A model generated the notes under the pieces. It searched no databases. It was given only the letters and a program-made list of their open reading frames with translations, and was not told the DNA's origin. DNA of 64,000 bases from Eledone cirrhosa (Eukaryota), in assembly GCA_964016885.1 (NCBI GenBank), contig OZ024752.1:22320001-22384000 (forward strand), in the 5' to 3' direction. Shown here one piece after another: positions 38,760 to 51,622 of this stretch. Within the stretch, counting starts at the first letter, position 1; each line of letters begins with the position of its first letter. The translations under genes were made by a program, and so were the position numbers.

Positions 38760-39245
38760 TGGAGAGGGGAACTGAACTTGGTGATAGTTGCTAGTGTGAG
38801 AGATGTATGGAGGAAGTTCTGGGAACCAAGGGAGGGAATTGTTGCTGGAAGACAAATACATAGGCTGCATGTAGATGAAGTGCCATGATTTATGTGAGTG
38901 AGACATAGGTAATAAACATGGAGCAACAGAGATGGCTGGAAAGAAAAGAAATGAGAATGATACAGTGGCTGAATGGGGTTTCAGTCGGAGAGAGGGAGAC
39001 AAAGAATAAATTGCAGATGATGTTGGGAAGAGAACAAGTGATGAATGTTGTGAAGAGAAATGAAATGAGATGGTTGGGTCATGTGTTGAGGGAGGATGAA
39101 AATGACAGGGTGAGAAGGATGATGGAGGTAATAATGATGGAAAAGGAAATGAAAGCCAGGGGATCAGTTAAGGGAAATGCAGATGAAAGGAAAAAATGGG
39201 ATCCGCAAAGCTAACCCATGGTTTAGCAGGGAAAGGGACTTTAAA
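38760..39245 (+). mobile_element. Old RTE LINE 3' fragment
   Basis: LERKEMRMIQW..GVS...RWLGHVLR. Confidence 0.7.
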
Positions 39246-39339
39246 ATACTTCTTGTTGTGGGTGGACATTTTTAGGTTATCCAAGATGTACCTAATTCTT
39301 GTTTAAGAAAGGAAACTTTTGATGTATTTTTCAAACAAT

Positions 39340-39340
39340 G

Positions 39341-39411
<71 letters not shown>

Positions 39412-39532
39412 TACTACTACTACTACTACTGCCACCACGACTCCCAACTACTACTACTACTACTACTACCACCACTACTACTACTACTACTGCCACCACG
39501 ACTCCCAACTACTACTGCCACCACAACTCCCA

Positions 39533-39570
<38 letters not shown>

Positions 39571-39585
39571 TACTACTATTACTAT

Positions 39586-39625
<40 letters not shown>

Positions 39626-39641
39626 GCCACCACGACTCCCA

Positions 39642-39697
<56 letters not shown>

Positions 39698-39729
39698 TAC
39701 TACTACTACTACTGCCACCACGACTCCCA

Positions 39730-39783
<54 letters not shown>

Positions 39784-39784
39784 G

Positions 39785-39816
<32 letters not shown>

Positions 39817-39921
39817 GCCACCACAACTCCCAACTACTACCACTACTACTACTACTGCCACCACAACCCCCAACTACTACTACTACTACCACCACAACCC
39901 CCAATTACTACCACTACTACT

Positions 39922-39957
<36 letters not shown>

Positions 39958-39973
39958 GCCACCAAAACCCCCA

Positions 39974-40042
<69 letters not shown>

Positions 40043-40717
40043 GCCACCACAACTCCCAACTACTACAACTACTACTACTACTACTGCCACCACAACTCCC
40101 AACTACTACTACCACTACTACTACTACTGCCACCACAACTCCCAACTACTACTACCACTACTACTACTACTGCCACCACAACCCCCAACTACTACCACTA
40201 CTACTACTACTGCCACCACAACCCCCAACTACTACCACTACTACTACTACTGCCACCACAACCCCCAACTACTACCACTACTACTACTACTGCCACCACA
40301 ACCCCCAACTACTACCACTACTACTACTACTGCCACCACAACCCCCAACTACTACCACTACTACTACTACTGCCACCACAACCCCCAACTACTACCACTA
40401 CTACTACTACTGCCACCACAACCCCCAAATACTACCACTACTACTACTACTGCCACCACAACCCCCAACTACTACCACTACTACTACTACTGCCACCACA
40501 ACCCCCAACTACTACCACTACTACTACTACTGCCACCACAACCCCCAAATACTACCACTACTACTACTACTGCCACCACAACCCCCAACTACTACCACTA
40601 CTACTGCTGCTACTACTACATCTGCTGCTGCTGCTACTACCACTACTACTGCTGCTACTACTGCTGCTCCTACTACTGCTGCTACTGCTGCTACTACTAC
40701 TACTACCACTACTAATG

Positions 40718-40768
<51 letters not shown>
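39340..40768. repeat. (CTA)n compound microsatellite grading into a 40-bp minisatellite
   Basis: Unit acccccaactactaccactactactactactgccaccaca is regular from about 40140 to 40600. Confidence 0.95.
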
Positions 40769-40811
40769 GGTCAAGTCATAATTATGTAAATTATTTATTA
40801 CCATTACCCAG

Positions 40812-41046
40812 CCTTATATCATCCTGCCCATGGCCCCAATAGTGCAGATAACAACTGGATCTACACCTTTGCCACTTCACAATATGGTACATCGATATGG
40901 GAAGAAGTCCATGAAGAATAAAGCTATGATGATAGGGGATGTTGCACCAAGAGATGAGGCTATTTGTACACCATTTTGTCCATTTCAACAAAAGACCTAC
41001 CCAAATGTGAACTTTTACTCCAACATTCAACCATCACTTCCTAATG
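40812..41046 (+). CDS. OGFR-like: OGFr-domain gene B exon (PYIILPMAPIVQ...QKTYPNVNFYSNIQPSLPNG)
   Basis: Acceptor acccag| and donor G|gtaggt. YPNxxFYxN...PNG is homologous to exon 6440-6542. An alternative ATG lies at 40830. Confidence 0.8.
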
Positions 41047-41409
41047 GTAGGTTACCTTCATTTTAGAATTTCTATGTAATGATGACAAATACTGTGTATA
41101 CTTGCATATAAGCTGATCTGAATATAAGCCAACCCCTTATTTTATTATCTGAGAAATAGACAAAAATCCAAACCCTGTTTATAAAGTGAGGCAGGTAAAC
41201 AACACATGTTTAGATGGTGCAGTTTTGAAATTCTTATGATTGGAGAATATATTTATGAAGTTTTGATATTTTGATATTGGAAATGTTTTAAATGTTGTTT
41301 AGAGTGTGGCTTTTGTTTTATAACTCCGTTACATAATGATATTTTACCAATTTCCAACAGTTTTGAAGGCCATATTCATTCAAAATATGAAAAACAATAG
41401 GAAATATTA

Positions 41410-41830
41410 ATTTCACCTTGAAAGTGAAACCGGTGTAATATTCACCTCCAAAGTGAAACAGGTGTAATATTCCCCTCCAAAGTGAAACTGGTGTAATATT
41501 CCCCTCCAAAGTGAAACAGGTGTAATATTCCCCTCCAAAGTGAAACAGTTGTAATATTCACCTCCAAAGTGAAACTGGTGTAATATTCACCTCCAAAGTG
41601 AAACAGGCGTAATATTCACCTCCAAAGTGAAACTGGTGTAACATTCACCCCCAAAGTGAAACTGGTGTAACATTCACCCCCAAAGTGAAACTGGTGTAAT
41701 ATTCACCTCCAAAGTGAAACAGGTGTAATATTCACCTCCAAAGTGAAACTGGTGTAATATTTACCTCCAAAGTGAAACTGGTGTAACATTCACCCTCAAA
41801 GTGAAACTGGTGTAATATTCACCTCCAAAG
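41410..41830. repeat. 29-bp minisatellite, about 14 copies (tattcacctccaaagtgaaactggtgtaa)
   Basis: Direct tandem repeats. Confidence 0.95.
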
Positions 41831-42659
41831 CGCAAATATTTTAACTCTTCATTTTGAAGTTGGTAAAAATCAACAAAGTATTGACCTTACATATAAGCCA
41901 ACCCCCATTTTACCATCGATTTGTTATCACATATTTTCCAGCTTATATATGAATATATAGAGTAAATCATGTTAATTTGATATCATTTCATTCAGGAGCT
42001 GAAAGACCAAAACACTACACATCTCAAGGACAAGTCTTTCACTACATGCTTTGCACACATGAACAACACACAGCTGTAACTAACAAAGTGTCACAGTTTC
42101 TGTTCTCTGGTGGAGATCCTAAATATATAACATTGTGAAAAGTGTTTCTAAAAGACTAGGATTTGTCTTTAGAATCAGACAACACATCAACCCAATAAAT
42201 TGCTGATCCCTTGACAAGGCTCAGTTACAACCATCATTGAAATACAGTATATATATCTGAGACAGTTATGGTATGAGGTTGTATGTTTGCTGTTATGTGT
42301 GGTGAGGACAATGGCTTATATGTTACTGACTGGAGTTATAAAGGACCTAATCTGGGAAAATATCACTAAAATAGACTGTGGGAAAGTATATAAAAAAGAT
42401 ATAGGCTCTCAGCCTGTCTGAGATGGTGCCATGATAAAATGCACTCAGTGCACAATGGAGAATGAGTTATGGGAACATATGTTAGCAAGATCTGGGCTCA
42501 CAGCTCTTCTGAGAGGGTGCTATGATAAAATTCACTCCAATTAAGTACTGACTTGGTCTGTGATGACCTGTCCAATCCTTACTGTCAGGGAAAATGGCCA
42601 TTAAATGATGATAATGATATTGATGTCATTGCATGTATTATTTGTTATTTATTTTAAAG

Positions 42660-42738
42660 GTGATTATATAGAAGAAATTTTGAAAAATTGGGCAAATAAT
42701 TTCAAAAAACTTCAACAACATAATGGATATATCCAATG
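42660..42738 (+). CDS. OGFR-like: OGFr-domain gene B exon (DYIEEILKNWANNFKKLQQHNGYIQW)
   Basis: Acceptor tttaaag| and donor TG|gtgagt; YIQW motif; 79 nt. Confidence 0.9.
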
Positions 42739-42879
42739 GTGAGTGACTGATTAAATTTTGGACAATTATTTTATTTTATAGCATAAGAATGTTAATTAAA
42801 TATACTGGGTCGGTCTTTCTAAACCTGCAAAACTAGGCTTTTTTTAGAGGCGGCCTCTACTTGTCTTGTCATAGCTACA

Positions 42880-44228
42880 TCACTGGATTGTGATAGTTTT
42901 CATCTTCACCCTACAGACCCACACTCCCCCCCGGGCTAAACTCCTCACCCCTATTCCTTCAGCCTTCGGCCGCCCTGTTCTCCCCCCCCCCCACATATCC
43001 CCCACTAACACCACTAACACACTCCTCCTTTTCACCGCCCACCCCACAACTAACAATACTAACACCCCCACCCCACCCCCGACCACCCTCCCCCAACTAA
43101 CAATACTAACATCCTTTTTCTCCCCCCTCCCCCTATCACGCACACACACACCAGTACACTACACCCTCTCTACTGTCCCCCACACCTTTCTCTCTCTCTC
43201 CCCGCTCCACCCACACCCCTTCACACACACACACACACATTCCACTAACACCTCTACTAATACACCCCCCCTCCCCACTCCACCTTTCACACCTACCCAT
43301 CCTCTCCTCTGTCCACCGCACCTCCGCACACACTGACACACCGACTTTCTCCACCTGCCATTCTCCCCTACAGCTGCTATGCCCTGACCCCCTGACCACC
43401 TCTCCGCACACACAGACACACAACCCTCCTCCTGCCTTGACCCTCTGACCACTTCCTGTTGCGCGCGCCCCCACATCTCGCCTCTTCCGACCAACCCAAC
43501 CACGGATTACACACATTGGACATCGCTCCCACGAATCAACTCCATCACTAGGAAAATATCCGGCAACCCACCACACCCTCTACGGAACTACCTTAGGAAC
43601 TTACCCACGGACATAGACTAAAAAAAAAATGTTTTCCCATACGCCACCTACATCCACAATTCATATAAACACCACACACACGTGCGTACCCCCACATATT
43701 TACACACTCAGTCTCCGGAATCCTCTCTCCCCCTCCCCCCACCCTCTGACCCCTCCCCATCCACACACGAACACACACACCGACCTACACCCCACCCCAC
43801 ACACCTTTTCCTGAACATGGAACCCCGTTCTTCCCCCAACCCTCACATTCACATACACACACACACGTACACCTACACACACACACCACCTTCAGCCCTC
43901 CCCTCTCGGACACCCCGCCTCTCTCTCCCCACTCCACCCGCCACCACCCCTACACGCCCCACACCCTTCCACCACTTGTTTATCTTCATGTTTATTTTTA
44001 TTATGTTTTTCTATTTATTTTCATTTGTACCCCATCCACCGTTTCCTCGCACCCCATTTTTTCTAAATGTCTCTCTCCTACTCACCCTTGGAACTCTCTT
44101 CCCACACACTTTTCGCCTGAAGAAGGGCTTATGCCCGAAACGTCGTTCCCCCCGACCCCACCCTCAAGAGCGTGAAACTAATAAACCTTTGTTCATACTG
44201 CCTCTCTGTTTTGTTCTCGTTCCATTTT

Positions 44229-44232
<4 letters not shown>
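42880..44232 (+). mobile_element. C-rich Penelope-like remnant ending in a hammerhead motif (44117-44145)
   Basis: CTGAAGA-a-gggc(ttat)gccc-GAAACGTC followed by AATAAA and (TA)n. The same motif occurs in 51115-51600. Confidence 0.5.
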
Positions 44233-44269
<37 letters not shown>

Positions 44270-44319
44270 TGCAAGCAGGGAAGAGCGGACGTAAAATGAT
44301 GATGATATATATATATATA

Positions 44320-45682
44320 TACTAGGATCGGAATTAAGAGTATTCCGCAGTTCACAGTAATAATAACAATATTAGCTCAAAGAAGAATAGAGAATTTTCT
44401 TCTGAGCTCAGATACAAATATATTACACAAAGAGAAGTGTGTTACACAGTGAGATGTGTGTAAAGAATTATTACAAGTGATTTTTACCGTTACTGTCTAG
44501 AAAACAATATCTACAGGTTTAGCAATTAAATAGAAAAAAACCTAAGTCAGAATCCAATCTCTGAAGTAGAGTTTTAAATTACTAACCTTATAACTATAAG
44601 TTTGCTGATACGAATTAAGTTCGTTTCGCCACAGAAATGTGCAGTTTAACAGCCACTGGTTCATCAGTCAGCAAATGTGGATTCTGTTTACTACACATCT
44701 AACCTCATGGATAGAGAGAAAGCTAATATACACGCTGCCCAGGGTAGGGCGAAATCACGTGTTATTTGCATCAAATAACGGCTCTCATAGATTGGAGAAA
44801 ATGCTAGAGAGAGCAACCATTCGAATTTATTAGCTCAACAATTTGGAGCTCGTTAAGTATACTAGGATCGGAATTAAGAGTATTCCGCAGTTCACAGTAA
44901 TAATAATAATATTAGCTCAAAGAAGAATACAGAATTTTCTTCTGAGCTCAGATACAAATATATTACACAAAGTGAGAGCCGTTATTTGATGCAAATAACA
45001 CGTGATTTCGCCCTACCCTGGGCAGCGTGTATATTAGCTTTCTCTCTATCCATGAGGTTCGATGTGTAGTAAACAGAATCCACATTTGCTGACTGATGAA
45101 CCTGTGGCTGTTAAACTGCACATTTCTGTTGGGAAATGAACTTGATTTGTATCAGCAAACTTATAGTTATCATTTCATTTTTTTCATTTTACGTCTGCTT
45201 TTTCCCTGCTTACAAGGGTGGGACGGGAACTGATTCTGGCTTGATTTCTACAGCTGGATGCCCTTCCTAACACCAACCTCATTTACAGTGAGTGCTGGGT
45301 GCTTTTTTGTCGTGGCACCTCCACGACCACTTTGCAGTGGAATGATATGGACCCCAGTCCCTATCATCTCATTTCTACAGCTGAGTAAACTGGAGCAATG
45401 TGAAATAAAGTGTCTTGCTCAAGGAAACAACACATCACCCGGTCTGAGAATTGAACTCACAACCTTTCGATTGCAAGGCCAATGCTCTAACTACTAAGCC
45501 ATGTGCCTTATAAGGTTGGTAATTTAAAACTACTTCAGAGCTTGGATTCTGACTTAGATTTTTTTCTATTTAATTGCTAAACCTGTAGATATTGTTTTCT
45601 ATACAGTAACGGTAACAATCACTTGTAATAATTCTTTACACTCATCTCACTGTGTAACACACTTCTCTTTGTGTAATATATT

Positions 45683-45686
<4 letters not shown>
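44320..45686. mobile_element. Penelope-like pLTR tandem and inverted array with a CORE-like SINE inserted (45168-45508, minus)
   Basis: Direct repeat 44320-44431/44860-44971. 44973-45686 is an inverted copy of about 44414-44787. Flanked by (TA)n. Confidence 0.75.
44602..44674 (-). ncRNA. Type I hammerhead ribozyme (inverted copy at 45086-45158, plus strand)
   Basis: ttgctga-CTGATGA-...-GAAACgaa(cttaa)ttcGTA-tcagcaa: 7-bp stem I and 5-bp stem III. Confidence 0.75.
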
Positions 45687-45715
<29 letters not shown>

Positions 45716-46092
45716 GATAACAGATTATTGTTATAGGTAGTCCACTTATGTGTAGTCCAGTTAGGGTACTCCGAGTAGTGGATGATATCAACGCTTGGCT
45801 ACGTTTGACTCAACAAGGCGTTTCCATAGTGATGCTGCGAGTACGCGGTAATTTCTATGTTGTTAACACTTGGAATAATGATAAATCAAGAAAGAAGAGT
45901 GACACGGTTTGCTATACAATAAGGGCTTTATTCACATTGCTGACAATTGTTTCTCTGAACTGGTAGGTCTAGAGATCGCTACCCGCCTGTTTTCGCGTCA
46001 TTCGATCACCAATACATAGTTGTAACCAGTCAATTCATCAGAGCTATCGAGAATGAAGGGAATACACAGGCATGGCTTATATATATAGTAAT

Positions 46093-46279
46093 TGTTTCTA
46101 CTTTTGGCACAAGGCCATCAATTACCCAGTACATTACTGGTACTTTATTTTATCGACCCCGTAAGGATGAAAGGCAAAGTTAACCTCGGCGGGATTTGAA
46201 CTCAGACCGTAAAGGGAGGACGTAACTATGCTGGAAAGCATGGCGTCCGACTCTCTACCGATACCGCCAATCCACACCC
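46093..46279 (-). mobile_element. Nin-like SINE inserted in Penelope pLTR
   Basis: TSD ggcttatatatatagtaat at 46074-46092 and 46280-46298. Confidence 0.85.
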
Positions 46280-48493
46280 GGCTTATATATATAGTAATGG
46301 CATTCAATCAGAACAATAACAACAATACTAACAATGCTAGCAATAAATTATTTGAAATAATCACAACATCAATCTAAGTAAGACATAGAGTATACTCATG
46401 ACTTTAGCATATAAAACAAGCTGATATGAGGCAGATGTATGACATTGACATGTAAAAGCTGTTGTGGGGTGTATTATATAGTGTAGAGATAGGCCGGGGC
46501 TTTAAACAATCTACCATTTCCTTTACCGTAGGTCTGCTGACCGTAAGAATTATTTATTATCTGACAGATAAAATATTTAGCATTGTAGTGAGGATAGTAA
46601 TTTTTGTGGTGTGAAGTGGATTCAATATTTATGTGGTCTATATTAGATGAAGGGATTGTTAGTTTCAATCATGGGGTTGTTTAGCTTTCACATCATCAAT
46701 AACATACAAGTATAAGATAACATTAACAGAGTAGCAATATAATAGGTAAGTTAATACAGAGGTTAAGGAGGCAATATCCAAACCCATGCAAGCGTGGAAG
46801 ATGGACGTTAAACGATGATGAGAGAGAGAGAAAGCATGCTGACTACAATTATAACAACAGGAGGAAGGTGATGTTTTTCTGTGGTAGTATTCTGAAAATG
46901 TACTTGGATTTAGGTTAATAGTGTGGGTATGATATTTTGAATGCTAAGTTATGTTGGTTCGATTCACGGAGGCTTAAATCTTGTGAATTTAGTGGCTATC
47001 CTGTGTATGCAGAAAATTTATCTTTCTATCTTGTTGTTGAGTAGCCTTTTTTCATTCCTAAGGATATACAGTAATTCAAGATCACAGAGCCTACAGTAGG
47101 ACATACCGGTACTGTAAGCCCTTGCGGCCGACAAGTTCGACCAGTTGATATTGTAGTTGGTGTTATTGTCCTTAAGTTCCCAGATTTTTTTTGGCGAGGG
47201 TTGTAGAACCCATAAGTGCATGGTTCTACATCGAGTGTCTGTGCACATACCATCTTTTTTTAAAAGTACCCGCGGTGGATCCAATGTAATGCCAAGTGGA
47301 GTTGCCCGAGTTGACCGTACACATGTACACTAGGCTCGAATCAAGGCATCTATTCGCCAATGGGCACCTATCCGGTAGGTGACAGTTGCATTTTGAGGTG
47401 TTATTCCGTGCAGCTTCCACACTGCTGTTTTGTACACTGCTATAAGTGGGTTGTGATTCATGCCCGTTGAGGTTTTGCTGCTGCGTGCTTGTATGCGGTT
47501 GTGATACTGTGATGTGTTTATGTTTATAATTTGGTGCTATGTTGCGCATAGGTGGGGGTGGATTCCCTAGAGGTATTTCTGTGGTTGATCTTGCGTATGT
47601 GTGATTCTATATTTGCAGCCGTAGAGTATGAGAGTTTTATAGTTTTTCTATTGAGTATTTTATGATATCTGTGAAGTGTTTATCTATTAGTTTAAAGAAC
47701 GTAGAAGGCAGTCTAGTTTTTACAGAGGAGTTGAAGATTGGATTGAACCACAGGTATTTTCTTTCTCTGATTCTTCTATTGTTTCCAGGGTTTACATTAT
47801 TGGTGTTTGGACCACTTACTCTAGGTGCTATGTGCCTAACTCTATGTCTAGTCCTGTTACCTCTATTTTTGTGTGAGCGGTTGGTGTCATTGTTAGTAGG
47901 TTTGTTTAAGTTGTCTTTATTTGTTATAAACTGCAGCTTTTCTTTATGTCCGGCCCTATGTAATGCGGCGTTATAATAGTTAGCATATTCATTAAAAATT
48001 TCTAGGTTTGAGGATAAGCGTTATATTCTAAGGGATATACTACGTGCTATGGATCTGATTATGGATCTGGGGTGGTTTGAGTTATAACTAATGTAAGCCA
48101 GCTTGTCATTATTTTTGTGGAAGGGTTCTATTAATCCCGTATTTAGATTTAGACTCACATCTAGAAAGTTTACCTTTTTATGGTTCAGTTCGTAGGTGAT
48201 ACTTAGGCCTAGTTTTTTTAAGAATGTTCTAATGTTTTTTCTTAATCTTTCCATGCTCTGGTTGTTTAAGTTCCTAGCTATAAGGAGCGTGTCATCTCTA
48301 TAAATCCCTCCTTGGAGGTTACTGAATTCTTTATGTAGGCTGTGTGCTATAAATAGCCCCACGACGTCAGTGATTTGCGCAGAGTCATTTGATCCCATTG
48401 TGATATCGAAGCTTTTTATTCTATCTTTTCATACCCAGTAGCTATTTTCAAATTTTATGATAGTCCTTCTAGCCGCTATTATTATATCAATTT

Positions 48494-48707
48494 TAACATG
48501 TTGAACCCACATTGCAAATAAAGGGTGGTGGATTGGCAGTATCGGTAGAGGGTCGGACGCCATGCTTTCCAGCATAGTTACGTCCCTTTACGATCTGAGT
48601 TCAAATCCCGCCGAGGTTGACTTTGCCTTTCATCCTTACGGGGTCGATAAAATAAAGTACCAGTAATGCACTGAGTAATTGCTGGCCTTGTGCCTAAAGT
48701 AGAAACA
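48494..48707 (+). mobile_element. Nin-like SINE inserted in Penelope RT
   Basis: TSD attattatatcaattt at 48478-48493 and 48708-48723. Confidence 0.85.
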
Positions 48708-50434
48708 ATTATTATATCAATTTCCTCAGGGGTAAGATCGGAGTTATTTTGGGCAAATTTTGGATGCAGAGTAATCGTTTATATCAAATTGTATGAAGTT
48801 GCATGTCTCTCTATTTCTTATTTTATTGAACCATTCTATTACCTCGTTAGTGTTACCCCATAAATTGATTTCTAGTTTTCCCTTTATTTGTGCAATTACC
48901 CTATCTAGCATGTTCTTGCTAATTTTACCTATATCTGACTTAGAATGGCATATTAATCTCATAGTAGGGTTTGTTTCAAAATGATTTTTGTGATCCTTCA
49001 GGTTAAATGTGGGGTTGCATGGGGTTAGAGGCTCGGTCCTATCGGGTATTCCGAGTTTATTTACTATCCTAAGGCCCTCCACGTTAATGCTGGTGAGCGT
49101 GGATTCATTTGTTTTTTTGTATTTTTTGTGTAGTTCACGCTGAATAAAATTATTGTATGTGTTAAGGTCCATAGAATATACGTTTGATGTTTTGTCTGCC
49201 TTTACTATGATACCGTTGGTGTCTTTTAGTTATTTTAGTAGTGTGTTGATGTCATTTGGTAACTTGTTGTGGTGTGTTCTTTTTTTGAATTTAGTTCCAC
49301 TTATCATATTCATAAGGTCCAGCTCGAAGGCATCGAGTGTGGGGTTGTTTGGAGGGTTTTAGCAGGATTTGAATCCGTAATTCTCCTTAGAAAATTCTCT
49401 TGCGTTAATAGCTGGTCCTTTGTCGAAGTGGTAAGCCTTCCATCGGACCCTACGGATGAAATCATTAGTCCGTTGTATCATGCCTAGTGTATAGTCCTTA
49501 TTTGTAGCCATAGGTATGTTTTTCAGTGACATTCCTATACGGTGCTTTTCCATGTTGTTGCCGTGCGTTAATGGTGTTGCTCAACCAGGTGGGAGCTATG
49601 TATACGGGGTAACAGATTATTATTATAGGTAGTCCACTTAGATGTAGTACAGTTAGGGTACTCCGAGTAGTGGATGATATCAACGCTTGGCTAAGTTTGA
49701 CTCAACAAGGCGTTTCCATAGTGATGCTGCGAGTACGCAGTAATTTCAATGTTGTTAACACTTGGAGTAATGATAAATCAAGAAAGAAGTGTGACATGGT
49801 TTGCTATACAATAAGGGCTTTATTCACATTGCTGACAATTGTTTCTCTGAACTGGTAGGTCTAGAGATCGCTACCCGCCTGTTTTCGCGTCATTCGATCA
49901 CCAATACATAGTTGTAACCAGTCAATTCATCAGAGCTATCGAGAATGAAGGGAATACACAGGCATGGCTTCTATATATAGTAATGGCATTCAATCCTCAC
50001 TACAATGATAAATATTTTATCTGTCAGATAATAAATAATTCTTACGGTCACCAGACCTACGGTAAAGGAAATGGTAGATTGTTTAAAGCCCCGGCCTATC
50101 TCTACACTATATAATACACCCCACGACAGCTTTTACTCTATGTCTTACTTAGATTGATGCTGTAATTATTTCAAATAATTTATTGCTAGCATTGTTAATA
50201 TTGTTGTTAATGTTCTGATTGAATGCCATTACTATATATAGAAGCCATGCCTGTGTATTCCCTTCATTCTCGCTAGCTCTGATGAATTGACTGGTTACAA
50301 CTATGTATTGGTGATCGAATGACGCAGAAACAGGCGGGTAGCGATCTCTAGACCTACCAGTTCAGAGAAACAATTGTCAGCAATGTGATTAAAAACCTTT
50401 TTTGTATAGCAAACCGTGTCACTCTACTTTCTTG

Positions 50435-50480
<46 letters not shown>

Positions 50481-50637
50481 TCATTTTATTTAAGCTGAAT
50501 TTCACTTTGATGACCTTGTGACAAACAAGCAAAACTCCAGAGTAACAAGACTCATTATTTAGCCATAATAAAATGAATATAAAAACTACTTCAGTAATTG
50601 AGTATGCCTTTCTCTGTTGTCTACCATATACGGGTAT

Positions 50638-50669
<32 letters not shown>

Positions 50670-51114
50670 CAACGCTTACATGAACCTACATACATATATA
50701 TATATATATATGTGGACCTCCCAAAATTCGTTGGATTTTCTAATTAGATTTTCACCCCCAAACAAAATACACCACCCCGTCCCACTACCCCCACCCCATC
50801 CACACCACCCCTTTCTCTGTAAAGTTATGTTGGTACCACAACATCTAGTCCTAAATAAATGAGGTTGTGTAGGTGTCACGACAAAAAACACAGTCCACGC
50901 TGTAATGTAGCCGTGTAGGTAACACAGTAAAAACCTCTCAGTCCACACTGTAAACGTGGTTGGTGTTAGGAAGGGCATCCAGCCGTAGAAAACCTGCCAG
51001 ACAGTCCTATTCGAGCGAGACAACCAATCTTGCCTCAAGTGGGACAATTCCCGTCTAAACCCATACTAGCGTGGAAGATGGACGGTAAACGATGATGATG
51101 ATGATGATGATATT

Positions 51115-51600
51115 TATAAGTTAAAACAAAAAACAAAAACAATAACAAAGTGTGCAGTACAAAGTGTTAGTATTAGGTTCACGCTTGAGAGTGGGGGGTG
51201 GGGGGTCGTTTCAGGCATAAGCCCTTCATCAGGAGAAAGGTGGGAAGGGAAAGCGTTCCGAGGGTGTGAGGAGGAGTGGTGGAAAGACATTAAAAAGGGT
51301 AGTACAGGGGGAGAGAGAGACGGTGCTGGGTACAGTATGAGTGAGGGTAATATACTGGTGTGTGTGTCTGTGGTGGGATGTCGAATATGGGTGTGTGTGC
51401 GGGGGTAATCTCTACGGATGAAAGGGCTCACCAGAGACAGGGCCTGAGTCTTGAAGTCAGAATCTCGGCTGCAGAGGCAGCGTATCTGGAGGAGTAGGGA
51501 GTGGAGTGTTTGGTGTGTGTAGGAGGTCAAGTTGAGGTAGGAGTGGAGTTGGTGGGTTTGAGTAAGGTGGAGGTGATGAGGGAGTCGATGGCGACGGATA
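51115..51600 (-). mobile_element. Penelope-like fragment (RT thumb remnant plus hammerhead motif)
   Basis: SLLLQIRCLCSRDSDF...FIRRDYP, followed by CTGATGAagggcttatgcctGAAAC. Confidence 0.65.
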
Positions 51601-51622
51601 TATATATATATATGTATATATA

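Larger units (their letters stand above)
45713..50440 (-). mobile_element. Near-complete Penelope-like retroelement (RT plus C-terminal GIY-YIG; direct pLTRs and inverted extension), decayed
   Basis: Motifs KNIP, ADKTS, MGS..SA, YRDD, FLDV, CNCxxxxxCPL, VY..YIGST and CxLC. pLTRs lie at about 45713-46310 and 49605-49995, with an inverted copy at 49996-50440. (TA)n on both sides. Confidence 0.92.

Noticed and set aside
39319-40842. Poly-Thr/Tyr/Leu mucin-like ORFs as part of gene B
   Set aside because: They come from the (CTA)n tract, switch frame repeatedly and do not join the OGFr frame.
41410-41830. Iteron- or CRISPR-like 29-bp array
   Set aside because: The tandem units are contiguous without spacers and lie in a eukaryotic intron.
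47018-49553. Selenocysteine read-through in the Penelope ORF
   Set aside because: The break I checked (49359-49361) is TAA, and the ORF also has a SINE insertion and frame changes. Ordinary decay is simpler.
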